From positions 64,001 through 128,000 of the IMG/VR virus record IMGVR_UViG_3300033153_009458: a DNA stretch of 64,000 nt; one strand, 5' to 3'. The notes beneath the pieces were generated by a model. The model was not told where the DNA came from and made no database searches. It saw only the letters and a program-made list of their open reading frames with translations. How positions within the stretch are numbered: position 1 is the stretch's first letter; each line of letters opens with the position of its first letter. Source of the stretch: a virus. A program made the position numbers and the translations under genes. Positions 1 to 9,410 of this stretch are shown here, one piece after another.

Positions 1-344
1 TTTGCTAACTCCCAACTCGCCATAATATGTTTTGGGAGTTTATTTTTTAATTCTTTATTACAAACAAAAAATGTGTGATGACCGGGTACTGTTGTAACAA
101 CTTCAATAATAAAATATGGATTATTATCTTCATTATCCAAATCGAATTTTATAAATCTTGGATTAATTTGAATATCGTCCAAAATAAATGTAAAATCTTC
201 TGGTCTTTCGTTATTAATTAATGGTATGTGAAAATTTGAAATCATTTTACCTTGATTTTTAGTGTGATGAATATTCCATGCTGACCATCCACTTTTTTCA
301 AAATATCTTTCAAAACCACTAAAACCCTGATCAACTATTTTTAT
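1..344 (-). CDS. Partial hypothetical protein running off the left edge; start is ATA at 344 or ATG at 245
   Basis: Manual translation: open frame from directly after the gp43 stop (IKIVDQGF...) to the window edge, ending ...KLPKHIMASWELA. Confidence 0.6.
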   Translation of the reverse strand, partial: MKIVDQGFSGFERYFEKSGWSAWNIHHTKNQGKMISNFHIPLINNERPEDFTFILDDIQINPRFIKFDLDNEDNNPYFIIEVVTTVPGHHTFFVCNKELKNKLPKHIMASWELA

Positions 345-345
345 T

Positions 346-2895
346 TTAGTACCACTCATCTGTTATTTTGTTTACTCTTTCAGTCTGCCATTTAAGTTTT
401 TCAAATATTCCGTCTAATGGTTTTTTCATTGTTTTTTGAAATTGTGTCTGATAATCAATTTCAATAGCATCTAAAATTTCTTTTGGCATTCTATCAATAC
501 ACGCGATCACATTCGACTTAAAAATATTTGGTTCTTTGATATAAGCGTACAGAATTTTGTCACCTTCGTTAATTTGAGCTTCATCCTCAATTTTAAAATG
601 TTTCAATGCTTTGTTGAAAATCTTACTTGCTCTGACATTGATAGGAACAGATTTTTGACCTAATTGGTATTTTGTCATTCCATTTACACCTGTTGGTCGG
701 GCTACTTGTTCAAACGGCATTTCAAAAAATTCTTTTTTATATTTTTCGATGAAGTCTAAACTCGCATCATTATCATCAGTATCTAGAATAACATTAATTG
801 CTTCCTTAAGTTTATCCCGTACTGTTTTTGGAGTATTTGATCGTACAACTTCTATACCTCTAATCTTCAATGGTAATTTATCAAGATCCTGATCAACACC
901 ATCTTTGTGAATCAATCGCATAATATATCGTTTTTTTGATGCAAATATACTCCGATCTGCAACCGCTTCAAATTCCATAACGTACGTATTTCGACGTAAA
1001 TTAAATGCATTCGCCAAGTCCGCAAAATATGACTTAATTACTGGTTCGACGTTACTCGCCATGTATTCTTTAATAAATTTCAGGATTTCTTTTCTATCGT
1101 CTGAATCACCAAACTTATCACGAATAGTTTTATCCATGTACAAAAAGATCGAATCAGTATCACCGTAAATATTTTTAATATCTGGAAAAGCATCTGTAAT
1201 CGTTTTTTTAGCACCTTTACTACATTGTTGACCAGTGGTTGTGATAGCTGATGCAATTTTAATATTGTAGTATCTTGAACCAACATTAGCTAGAGCACCA
1301 TAACCACTGTTCAGAAAAATTTTAAGTGCCATTTGTTCAACATGTAAAGTTGATTTTTTACTCTGTAATTTTTCAAGCTCATCTTCTGTAAGTGTATTTT
1401 TATTTGCATCGATGTATTGCCCGACCTTTTTCTTGTTGCTTTTTTTCTTTCTTCTTAAATCAAAATCGTGTTTGAACACAACCGGTAAAATACCTTCGAT
1501 GTCTGTTCTAAAAAACTCACCATTCGCCATAACACAAACTTTTTCTTGTTGCATAAGCTGTTTGTATTTTTTTAATTCTTCAATTTCAATAAAAGCAAAT
1601 TCAGCATTTTCCGGCATCCAGTTAATTTTTCTAATTTTATCTTGTAATTCTTTAAGACCGCTCGGTAACTGACTGCTTGGAACTATAGTTTCGGGTGATA
1701 CATTACCACTGATTAATTGATTTGGATAACTCGATACAATATCCCAAACAGAAACATATCTGTACAACCCCGGTATAGGACGTTGTGTATACCCACCCGG
1801 AAATGCTTCTTTTTGAATATTTTTCGGTCTAGGTGGAATAGCGATATCACGTTTTTTTAATTCGTTGTACAAGCGCACATCCCACGGCTTTACAGTTGCA
1901 AAACTGTCTTCATAAAGACTTTTGTTCATGTAAGTAAGCATCATGAACACTTCGAAAAAGTTTCGTTTTTTATCCATTTCTGGAATCAACTCAACATCTT
2001 GAATATTATAATCGATGTACGTTTCGAAATCGTTTTCGTACAACTCACTCAAATTTCGGAATGAATCGTGATAATCCAGTTTGCCTTTTCCTAATTCAGC
2101 ACTAGCGACTGTTTCAAGCCGGTAATTTTCTTGTGGTGTAAAAGACCAGTTCTTGTAAAGGGCCAAATAGTCGGCCATTGTAACACCAACAATATTGAAT
2201 TCAAATTCATTTTTATATAGACGCTCTTTGACTTCGTTCAATGGTGATAATTTGTGATGCATTCCTTCCGGTAATTGCCGCTTGATCCGATTGATTAAAT
2301 ACGGAATATCAAAATCATCAATATACCATCCCGAAATAATATCTGGTCTTTCTTTCCTAAAAAATAAAATAAATTTTTCTAAGAGATCGCATTCATCGTT
2401 GCATTTAAAATATGTTACGTTGTTTGCTTTCGGTTTGTAATCTTCTTTGAATCCGAAAGTATAAAATTGATTTTTGTAATGATCCTTTATAGTGATCGCA
2501 GTCACCGGGTACAACGCTTGACTAGCTTTAGGAAAGCCTTCAGTGCTATGACACTCAATATCTAAAATGAATATCTTGACTTTTGTGTAATCCGGGATAA
2601 TATCATATCTGTATCGATCAGATAAAAATTGGTATTTCGGCTCAATGTCATTGTAAATATCGGTGAACGTATCATTATCACGTCTCCATTTATACATTTC
2701 AGAGATGCTATCAAAATCAATCATGCCGATATTTTGGCCGAACATATCTTTGCATTTAGTTTGCTTACCAACTTTGATACCTAATGAAGGCTTGTACTTA
2801 ATAGTTTCTCTTTTTCGTTGTCCATGTTGGTCAACATAAAAATGAATAAGCGCATTTCCACGTTGAACAACATTTGTATAAAATGGTCGCATCAT
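346..2895 (-). CDS. 43: Family B DNA polymerase (T4 gp43-like)
   Basis: Exonuclease DIEC and YNIQD; polymerase DIVSSYP, KIFLNSGYG, YGDTDS, KKRY motifs; 849 aa. Confidence 0.97.
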   Translation of the reverse strand: MMRPFYTNVVQRGNALIHFYVDQHGQRKRETIKYKPSLGIKVGKQTKCKDMFGQNIGMIDFDSISEMYKWRRDNDTFTDIYNDIEPKYQFLSDRYRYDIIPDYTKVKIFILDIECHSTEGFPKASQALYPVTAITIKDHYKNQFYTFGFKEDYKPKANNVTYFKCNDECDLLEKFILFFRKERPDIISGWYIDDFDIPYLINRIKRQLPEGMHHKLSPLNEVKERLYKNEFEFNIVGVTMADYLALYKNWSFTPQENYRLETVASAELGKGKLDYHDSFRNLSELYENDFETYIDYNIQDVELIPEMDKKRNFFEVFMMLTYMNKSLYEDSFATVKPWDVRLYNELKKRDIAIPPRPKNIQKEAFPGGYTQRPIPGLYRYVSVWDIVSSYPNQLISGNVSPETIVPSSQLPSGLKELQDKIRKINWMPENAEFAFIEIEELKKYKQLMQQEKVCVMANGEFFRTDIEGILPVVFKHDFDLRRKKKSNKKKVGQYIDANKNTLTEDELEKLQSKKSTLHVEQMALKIFLNSGYGALANVGSRYYNIKIASAITTTGQQCSKGAKKTITDAFPDIKNIYGDTDSIFLYMDKTIRDKFGDSDDRKEILKFIKEYMASNVEPVIKSYFADLANAFNLRRNTYVMEFEAVADRSIFASKKRYIMRLIHKDGVDQDLDKLPLKIRGIEVVRSNTPKTVRDKLKEAINVILDTDDNDASLDFIEKYKKEFFEMPFEQVARPTGVNGMTKYQLGQKSVPINVRASKIFNKALKHFKIEDEAQINEGDKILYAYIKEPNIFKSNVIACIDRMPKEILDAIEIDYQTQFQKTMKKPLDGIFEKLKWQTERVNKITDEWY

Positions 2896-2907
2896 ATATT
2901 ATACCTT

Positions 2908-4320
2908 TTACGCCAGATCATCGTCAAATAAAATATCTTTCTCATCACCGTCTTCATCAAATTCATTAATTGCGCCTTTTTTTTGTTGATTTTGATAATC
3001 AAGTCTATCTTTAACAGCCACCGGTATTACTTGCTCAGATTCTTCTAAATCGTATAATGTCATTTTGTGTTTATTAACTCCAACTGTATAGTATTGATCT
3101 ACGTTTGCACCGAACCGAGTTTTTAAAACTTTAAAAACATATTTGTTTTGTTCAGCCATTTCATCATTTTGAAGAATCGACATCATACAATCAAGAGTCA
3201 TCGGAATACCGAATGAATCCGAAGTATCAGTCATTGAACTATCTTTGACTGTTTTCTCTGAACCGGCTCTATTTGTTTGAGTAGCCGTAAGCACTGCTAC
3301 ATTTTCTTCAACTGCAAGTGCTCTAAATTCTTCTGTGATTGCTTTAATATATCGATATGAGTCTGAACCCTGTGAAGCTGGTAATCTACAAGAACTAAAA
3401 ATATTCAGATAATCAATGATAATAACATCTGGTTTAAAATCGTTCTTTTTTAATTTAAGTTCTCGTAAAAAATTCTGAATGTGTAATTTGTTTGCTGTAC
3501 CGGTTGGGTATTCTTTAATCAACAACCTACCCATTTTTTTCGTTGTTAGAATCGACTTGATTCGTTCTTTATAACTTTTTTTACTTAAGTTTATATCGAA
3601 TTGATGCATATCCATATTCAGAATATTTGAGTCAATTCTTTGGTACAACATTTGTTCAGACATTTCACCCGACACGTAAAGAACATTATATCCTTGACGT
3701 GTAAAATCAGCGGCCATATGACAAAGAACAAGAGTCTTACCTATATTTGATCTACCTATGAAAGCCGATATAGTCTTTCTTGGCAAGCCGCCACAAAAAG
3801 CGTTATTAATAGCCTCAACACTTGTTTCGAATTTCTCTTCATCCGATATATAGAAATCATACTGGCTACCATAATCAAACATATATTCCATTCCTAAAGA
3901 ATGTTTAAAATCAATTGATATGGCTTCTTTTACTTTATCGTATATTTGAGTTTGTGATCCTTTTTCATCAATAATTTGAACTGATTCCAAAATAGCTTGT
4001 TTCAAAGATTCTTCTTGAACCCACTTTTCAGTTTCATCAATTACGAATTCTAGATTTTCTTTAATTGGAATTTTCTTTAATCTGTTTAATTCCTTAATTG
4101 TTTGAGCTGTTGAATCTAAATCAATATTTTGATCTCTCTCTAGTAATAATTTTACTTCGTCGTAATCTGGACGCTTCGAATATTTGTCAGTATAAATTTT
4201 TATTTTATCAAGTATGAATCGATACTCTTTATCATCTATTATTTTTTTATCTATGTACGGATATACTATTGAAAAAAATCTATCGTTACTGAGCAAATAA
4301 CTAAAAATAGTTTTTAGCAT
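2908..4320 (-). CDS. 41: DnaB-like replicative helicase (gp41-like)
   Basis: GRSNIGKT Walker A, YVSGEMSE, IKEYPTG, IIIDYLNI, TATQTNR, SDSFGIPMTLD. Confidence 0.95.
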   Translation of the reverse strand: MLKTIFSYLLSNDRFFSIVYPYIDKKIIDDKEYRFILDKIKIYTDKYSKRPDYDEVKLLLERDQNIDLDSTAQTIKELNRLKKIPIKENLEFVIDETEKWVQEESLKQAILESVQIIDEKGSQTQIYDKVKEAISIDFKHSLGMEYMFDYGSQYDFYISDEEKFETSVEAINNAFCGGLPRKTISAFIGRSNIGKTLVLCHMAADFTRQGYNVLYVSGEMSEQMLYQRIDSNILNMDMHQFDINLSKKSYKERIKSILTTKKMGRLLIKEYPTGTANKLHIQNFLRELKLKKNDFKPDVIIIDYLNIFSSCRLPASQGSDSYRYIKAITEEFRALAVEENVAVLTATQTNRAGSEKTVKDSSMTDTSDSFGIPMTLDCMMSILQNDEMAEQNKYVFKVLKTRFGANVDQYYTVGVNKHKMTLYDLEESEQVIPVAVKDRLDYQNQQKKGAINEFDEDGDEKDILFDDDLA

Positions 4321-4326
4321 TTTCTC

Positions 4327-4614
4327 CTATAATTTTATAAAATCCTTCGTTTGTTTCGTTATTTTTATTCGTCTTACTATGTCTTCACCAGACATTTTTT
4401 CTATATCTTGTGGTTTTAAATCTATACTTACTTCGTATGAATTTGGTTTATTCCGTAATAATTGAATATGCACCACAATTTTTTCAACATTATTCCAATC
4501 ATCATTATTATGATCACCGCTTTTGAAAATAATATCCAACCCATCCGGGCCGTACCCAAACGGATTCAATTTATCATAAATCATCTGTATTAAAGGATCG
4601 TCAATAAAATTCAT
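4327..4614 (-). CDS. Small hypothetical protein, C-terminal-motif family
   Basis: Ends QTKDFIKL; ATGA overlap with upstream gene. Confidence 0.8.
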   Translation of the reverse strand: MNFIDDPLIQMIYDKLNPFGYGPDGLDIIFKSGDHNNDDWNNVEKIVVHIQLLRNKPNSYEVSIDLKPQDIEKMSGEDIVRRIKITKQTKDFIKL

Positions 4615-4877
4615 AAATCTAAAAGATCCTTTGCTAATGATGTTGCTTTTACTAAACTTCTCAATTCATCCAACTCGAAATAATCACGGGCTGTTTGATG
4701 AATTATTTTACCTTTTTCGAATATTTCTATTCTTATCTGATCAAGATCATCTATTGTTTCAATCAATCCTGTATAAGTGTTAATTACAAATGACTGAACA
4801 CCTTTATTATACAGAGTTTCCTTTAAAATATCAATAGCTACATCATCAGGTATAACTTGTTTATCTATTTCTCCCAT
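4611..4877 (-). CDS. Small hypothetical protein, C-terminal-motif family
   Basis: Ends LAKDLLDL. Confidence 0.8.
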   Translation of the reverse strand: MGEIDKQVIPDDVAIDILKETLYNKGVQSFVINTYTGLIETIDDLDQIRIEIFEKGKIIHQTARDYFELDELRSLVKATSLAKDLLDL

Positions 4878-5027
4878 TTAATATCCTGTATATGAATTTT
4901 TTCTTGCCGTTTGTGATCGTTTAAGATCTTGTTTATGATGATATTCAGATAATTTGTATCCAAATGTTATTGCTAAAAAATTTGAAATTATATAAATTCC
5001 TATTAAAAGAAGCCATAACCACCACAT
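4878..5027 (-). CDS. 49-aa membrane peptide (not in ORF track)
   Basis: AGGAG SD then MWWLWLLLIGIYIISNFLAITFGYK...; fills the gap, TAAATG coupling to the next gene. Confidence 0.7.
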   Translation of the reverse strand: MWWLWLLLIGIYIISNFLAITFGYKLSEYHHKQDLKRSQTARKNSYTGY

Positions 5028-5036
5028 AATATTCTC

Positions 5037-5285
5037 CTATAAATTGATGAAATCGTACGCACTGCCTTCAATTCTATTGAATCTAAATATTTTTACGTAA
5101 TCATCTTTTGTGTACACTGAATTAAGAATTATTGTTTCGTAACCATCGGTTCTTTTATCGTAATAATGAACAAGTAAAAGTTGATGAACTTCATTCGGGA
5201 ATAATGTTTCCATTTTAACAATAATACAATCACCGAATTCTGTTAAAGCTTCATCAAAAATTGCAATTAACTGTTCTCCTTTCAT
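5037..5285 (-). CDS. Small hypothetical protein, C-terminal-motif family
   Basis: Ends SAYDFINL. Confidence 0.8.
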   Translation of the reverse strand: MKGEQLIAIFDEALTEFGDCIIVKMETLFPNEVHQLLLVHYYDKRTDGYETIILNSVYTKDDYVKIFRFNRIEGSAYDFINL

Positions 5286-5587
5286 TATAACTCCATAAAA
5301 TCGTGTGCGGCCATATGAATCTTAAATTTGGCATCAAGTAAACCCGCCATATCTTGTATGCATCCACCGTTCCAAATTTTCATTTCTTTTCGACTAACCG
5401 GTATTTTAATTTCTACTTTTGGTTTACTTGGAAAATGTAAATAAAAAATTAAATGATTATCCAGTACATCCCTAGCGTACGTAATACCACTCGGAAATAA
5501 TTTGTACTGTCGATTCGCAAAAAAATATGACATTATTTCTCTGTAAATCGGCATTCCTTTCTGAACTGTTATTTCTTTCCAAATCAT
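5285..5587 (-). CDS. Small hypothetical protein, C-terminal-motif family
   Basis: Ends AAHDFMEL. Confidence 0.8.
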   Translation of the reverse strand: MIWKEITVQKGMPIYREIMSYFFANRQYKLFPSGITYARDVLDNHLIFYLHFPSKPKVEIKIPVSRKEMKIWNGGCIQDMAGLLDAKFKIHMAAHDFMEL

Positions 5588-5862
5588 AATTCAATAAGAT
5601 CCTTCGCTGTATAGAATATTGCTGCTTTTCTAAGTTCTTCTATTATTTTATCTAATAAATCAACATCATCGAATTCAACTTTATAAATTTTGAGCGAATG
5701 AGATATACCATTTATTTCATCACGATAAATCATATTTAAATAAGCCGAATCCTTGTATATTTTATTAGACCATTCACAATATCTATAACTGAATCTTGGA
5801 TACTTTAATAAAGCATCATGACAACAAGCCCACACTTCATAAAGATTTCGATCTTCAATCAT
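5584..5862 (-). CDS. Small hypothetical protein, C-terminal-motif family
   Basis: Ends TAKDLIEL. Confidence 0.8.
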   Translation of the reverse strand: MIEDRNLYEVWACCHDALLKYPRFSYRYCEWSNKIYKDSAYLNMIYRDEINGISHSLKIYKVEFDDVDLLDKIIEELRKAAIFYTAKDLIEL

Positions 5863-6113
5863 AGTTCCATGAAATCTGAAGATGTTTGATAGACTCTTTT
5901 TTTTCGAATTTCATTTTCGAACATTTCAGCTGTAATCGAATCAGTATTATCAAAATATAAATGATTAATACTATTATTAAGCTCATCCATATAAATTAGC
6001 AAATACAACCCGTGTGTTGAAAGCTCTGAATCATCTATTTTTCCAAATTGTAAAAAACGAATTCCTTTGCATTTATTCATTGCTTCATAAAAAAGATCAG
6101 ATATATCTTTCAT
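5859..6113 (-). CDS. Small hypothetical protein, C-terminal-motif family
   Basis: Ends TSSDFMEL. Confidence 0.8.
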   Translation of the reverse strand: MKDISDLFYEAMNKCKGIRFLQFGKIDDSELSTHGLYLLIYMDELNNSINHLYFDNTDSITAEMFENEIRKKRVYQTSSDFMEL

Positions 6114-6367
6114 AACGACATTAATTCATTGGCTATTGTGTATCTACGTCTATCTATAATTAATTGTTCAAAATATTCAACCGTTGGTTCACTATCTGAT
6201 TGTACTCTTACAATTTCTAATTCTGTATAATCCGGCCTATAAAGAAAAGTAAGCATTGTGTCTAAATTGTCTATTTCGCTTAAATTTATTGGTACTAATA
6301 CTTCGCACTCGAACGACATATTTTCAATAGCTTTCCAAAAATTATTTTGAATTTGAGTCGCTGTCAT
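6110..6367 (-). CDS. Small hypothetical protein, C-terminal-motif family
   Basis: Ends IANELMSL. Confidence 0.8.
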   Translation of the reverse strand: MTATQIQNNFWKAIENMSFECEVLVPINLSEIDNLDTMLTFLYRPDYTELEIVRVQSDSEPTVEYFEQLIIDRRRYTIANELMSL

Positions 6368-6627
6368 AAATTTGCGAAATCCATCGCATCCATACCAATA
6401 TCAATCCGCCTTGCTGTTTCACCTTTATCGGCTACTAATATTTTGCTTAATTGAATATTTTTATGCACCACAAGAAATTTGCAAGGTAAATCTAATTCTC
6501 TAAATTTTTTTGCTAAATTTTTCATGTATTGTTCAGCTTTACTAGACATCATTCGTCCAGTGTCAACTTCAACAATTAATAAAGTTCCTTCTTCAATTTC
6601 ATCAAGTATTTTTGTTTTAATATTCAT
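6364..6627 (-). CDS. Small hypothetical protein, C-terminal-motif family
   Basis: Ends DAMDFANL. Confidence 0.8.
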   Translation of the reverse strand: MNIKTKILDEIEEGTLLIVEVDTGRMMSSKAEQYMKNLAKKFRELDLPCKFLVVHKNIQLSKILVADKGETARRIDIGMDAMDFANL

Positions 6628-6630
6628 TAT

Positions 6631-6951
6631 TTACTCTTCCATTAAATCTTGAGCTACCTGTAATAAATCCACTCTCGGTTTGAAAAAATTCTTTTTAGCT
6701 TCTTCTAATGCTTTTTCAATTTTTTCTTTGAATATTTTTGGATCTCTCTCATCTTCATCAACTACAATTAATTCTTGAAATTCTGTACCGTCTGAATCAC
6801 TATAACTAAAAAAACATTGGACAGTATCATTGTACCCGTTCATCAACATCAACGGTGTTAAAAAATAAAATTCTTTACAAGCATTCTCTAATAATTCCCA
6901 TGTATCCATATTCATAAACGGATCGACAGTCATTTTATCGTGTTCATTCAT
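6631..6951 (-). CDS. Small hypothetical protein, C-terminal-motif family
   Basis: Ends VAQDLMEE. Confidence 0.8.
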   Translation of the reverse strand: MNEHDKMTVDPFMNMDTWELLENACKEFYFLTPLMLMNGYNDTVQCFFSYSDSDGTEFQELIVVDEDERDPKIFKEKIEKALEEAKKNFFKPRVDLLQVAQDLMEE

Positions 6952-7220
6952 TACATCTCCATAAATGCTTTACCTAATTGTTCAGCTACCTTTTTTCGAA
7001 CTTTCCGAATAATCAATTCTATTGTTACTTTTCGATCAGCTTCGATTGTTATAAAATCACACATACCGTTACCAAAGCCACTTTCATACATATAAAAATA
7101 ACAACAATAACCTTTACTTGGACTATATGTCCTGTATAAAGGAGTAAAATTTTTTAATACTTTTCCAACTTGTTCAAAAACATCAAAATTGTGTAATTGC
7201 AAACTTGTATATTTTTTCAT
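6951..7220 (-). CDS. Small hypothetical protein, C-terminal-motif family
   Basis: Ends LGKAFMEM. Confidence 0.75.
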   Translation of the reverse strand: MKKYTSLQLHNFDVFEQVGKVLKNFTPLYRTYSPSKGYCCYFYMYESGFGNGMCDFITIEADRKVTIELIIRKVRKKVAEQLGKAFMEM

Positions 7221-7510
7221 AACTCAATAAACTCATCAGCAATAGCCAAAAGTAAAGATTTTTTAGCCATTTTGATTATTTCTTTTTCTTTGTATAATCT
7301 TTTAACAGATAATTTCATTTGCATTTCGACTTGGTTTTCATTATGAACAAAATAAATATAATCACCATCAAGAAGTCTAGGACCAATCCCACCTTTAGCA
7401 AGCACTGGATGCATGTTTAATTTTGGTAAACATTCGTACACCAGTGCTCTATTTTTCTTTACAATTTTTCTGTATTTCTGATGAGACTGCCTACGACTTG
7501 CTTGTTTCAT
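7217..7510 (-). CDS. Small hypothetical protein, C-terminal-motif family (start likely ATG 7510, one base after the uvsX stop)
   Basis: Ends IADEFIEL; track start 7564 overlaps uvsX by 53 nt. Confidence 0.75.
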   Translation of the reverse strand: MKQASRRQSHQKYRKIVKKNRALVYECLPKLNMHPVLAKGGIGPRLLDGDYIYFVHNENQVEMQMKLSVKRLYKEKEIIKMAKKSLLLAIADEFIEL

Positions 7511-7511
7511 T

Positions 7512-8681
7512 TCAATCAGAAATTTCGTCTTCTTCTGATTCTTGAATTCGTGCCTGAACGTCATCTTTTATCTCTTTAATATCACTGTCATCAAAAATAC
7601 CATCCGTTGCTGGTTGGTACATAAATAAATTTTTAATATCTTTTTCAAAACCACATTTAAACATTTCATCCCAAATGTGAGGATTAGCGGAACTAAAATC
7701 GGATTCTCTTTTACCTGTGACCCAACCTTTATTTTCTGGTTTTGGTAATTTTTTCTTTTCATCTTCTTTCGAATACGGAACAAATGTTTGTGCATCTGAA
7801 GAATTTTTATACGCTCGCCAACCCTTCTTTGGTGTAATAATATATCCAAGATGCTCACCTAAATCGTACAATCCTGAATATTTACTAAGCCCGTGAGTGT
7901 AATTAATCACTAAACGCACGACCATTTTTTCCTTAGCAAATCTATTTTTATAAGACATACATCTAGCACCAGAACCAATAATGGCTGATGATTCTTCTTC
8001 TTTAGATTTCGTCATAGTAATAATGATACTTGAATTATACTCTATTCCTTTCCCACCCGCAACAACTTCTTTACTAAAAGTATCTAAAGTTGAATATGTG
8101 TGATTTACCGCAATAACTGGAACATTTGATTTCATCGCTGGCATAATTAGTGTACGGAAAAGAGCTTTAATTTCTTTTGCTCTAGTCATATCAGTGATAT
8201 CTTTTCCTTCTCTAGTATCTGCATATTCTTTACTAGAAACTAAATTTCCGATTGAATCAATCACAATCAAAACTTTATCTTTTTTGGTTACTGACTCAAG
8301 GAAAACAACAATATCTGTTTTCAGATCGGATACTTTTTCAACTGGAATATGTATGAATAATTCTGGATCGATACCTCTTGTTATTAATGCATCAGCGTCA
8401 CCGGCACCACCTTCTGTATCGTAATAGAATATGGTGTATCCCTTGGCTTGCGCTTGTTTCATACACTCGATTGCAAGATACGTTTTACCAACTGAAGGCG
8501 GACCAGCAAATTGCATTACTCGACCGGTCGGAAACCCTTTGTTTATATCAGAAGATATAAGGGCGTTAAGAGCTAGATTCCCGGTGGAAATCCATTCTCG
8601 AATAGGGTATTTGTCTTCTTTTAAGACAAATGCGTATTTGTTTGTTGTTTGTTTTAAATATTTTTTAGCTATATCTGACAT
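7512..8681 (-). CDS. uvsX: RecA-like recombinase UvsX
   Basis: STGNLALN, GPPSVGKT, YDTEG, IDSIGNL, DMTRAKEIKALFR, VNHTY. Confidence 0.95.
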   Translation of the reverse strand: MSDIAKKYLKQTTNKYAFVLKEDKYPIREWISTGNLALNALISSDINKGFPTGRVMQFAGPPSVGKTYLAIECMKQAQAKGYTIFYYDTEGGAGDADALITRGIDPELFIHIPVEKVSDLKTDIVVFLESVTKKDKVLIVIDSIGNLVSSKEYADTREGKDITDMTRAKEIKALFRTLIMPAMKSNVPVIAVNHTYSTLDTFSKEVVAGGKGIEYNSSIIITMTKSKEEESSAIIGSGARCMSYKNRFAKEKMVVRLVINYTHGLSKYSGLYDLGEHLGYIITPKKGWRAYKNSSDAQTFVPYSKEDEKKKLPKPENKGWVTGKRESDFSSANPHIWDEMFKCGFEKDIKNLFMYQPATDGIFDDSDIKEIKDDVQARIQESEEDEISD

Positions 8682-8711
8682 TATTTCTCCTAAATTAATA
8701 TATTATTATTA

Positions 8712-8740
8712 ATTATACAGAAAAATATGTCTTAAGTCAA
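8712..8740 (-). promoter_or_regulatory. sigma70-type promoter for the uvsX-array-41-43 operon
   Basis: TTGACT-17-TATAAT upstream of AGGAG SD. Confidence 0.75.
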
Positions 8741-8744
8741 CTAA

Positions 8745-8779
8745 AAGGAAAGAAAGTGGCAAAAGGGGATTGCCACTTC
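8745..8779 (-). terminator. Intrinsic terminator
   Basis: AAGTGGCAA/TTGCCACTT stem followed by T-rich TCTTTCCTTTT on the minus strand. Confidence 0.7.
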
Positions 8780-8790
8780 ATAAGGTGTGT

Positions 8791-9387
8791 TTAATCCCAA
8801 ATTTCAGAAATCATTCCAGCCCAAACAATCTCTTGTACATCTATAAAATCAAAGATCCGTTTGTCTTCCATTCCTCTTGGCGGATCGTGTACAAGAATTT
8901 GTTTACCTGTAATTCTCCACCAATCTGAATTTCCATCTATCAATGTAACACCTAATCCTACAGTATCAATTGTAATTGTAAATCCTGTATTTATATCTAT
9001 AGCATCAGGTGCTCGGCCAGTATTTACTTGTGTTATGACTAAAGTAGGTGGTACAGTGTCTATAGATGTGAATATTCCCGCTAAACCATCAATAGCTATT
9101 TCTAAAGCAGCTGCAACTTCATCATCTGTATCATCTGTTGTTAAAGTAACAGGAACATATGTTACAATTTCTTTTACATCAGGTTGATTTCCGCCGCCAG
9201 CACAATCCATCCAAACACAATATAAAGTATCTGCATTTTCTCGCCATAGGTAAAAATAAGTTCCATCAAGACTACTAGATACGTTTGCAACACACACAAC
9301 ATCAGTAATTTGTGCGGCTGGTGTAGCAATGAATTTGGTTATTGTTTCAACTAAAATGGTTTTATATCCTTGTATTTTAACGTACAT
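8791..9387 (-). CDS. Putative virion structural/decoration protein, paralog 1
   Basis: T/D/G/V-rich; N- and C-termini nearly identical to 9411..10019; related to 19334..20683; function inferred. Confidence 0.65.
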   Translation of the reverse strand: MYVKIQGYKTILVETITKFIATPAAQITDVVCVANVSSSLDGTYFYLWRENADTLYCVWMDCAGGGNQPDVKEIVTYVPVTLTTDDTDDEVAAALEIAIDGLAGIFTSIDTVPPTLVITQVNTGRAPDAIDINTGFTITIDTVGLGVTLIDGNSDWWRITGKQILVHDPPRGMEDKRIFDFIDVQEIVWAGMISEIWD

Positions 9388-9410
9388 TGTTATCCTTTAA
9401 AATTATCTTA

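Noticed and set aside
8-40. 9-bp inverted repeat AACTCCCAA/TTGGGAGTT
   Set aside because: Long loop, lies inside an open frame; cannot be supported as a terminator
4327-7510. Stop-codon readthrough or recoding joining the small ORFs into one protein
   Set aside because: ORFs are in different frames, end with all three stop codons, long core genes translate intact in the standard code, and the tRNA is ordinary CCA
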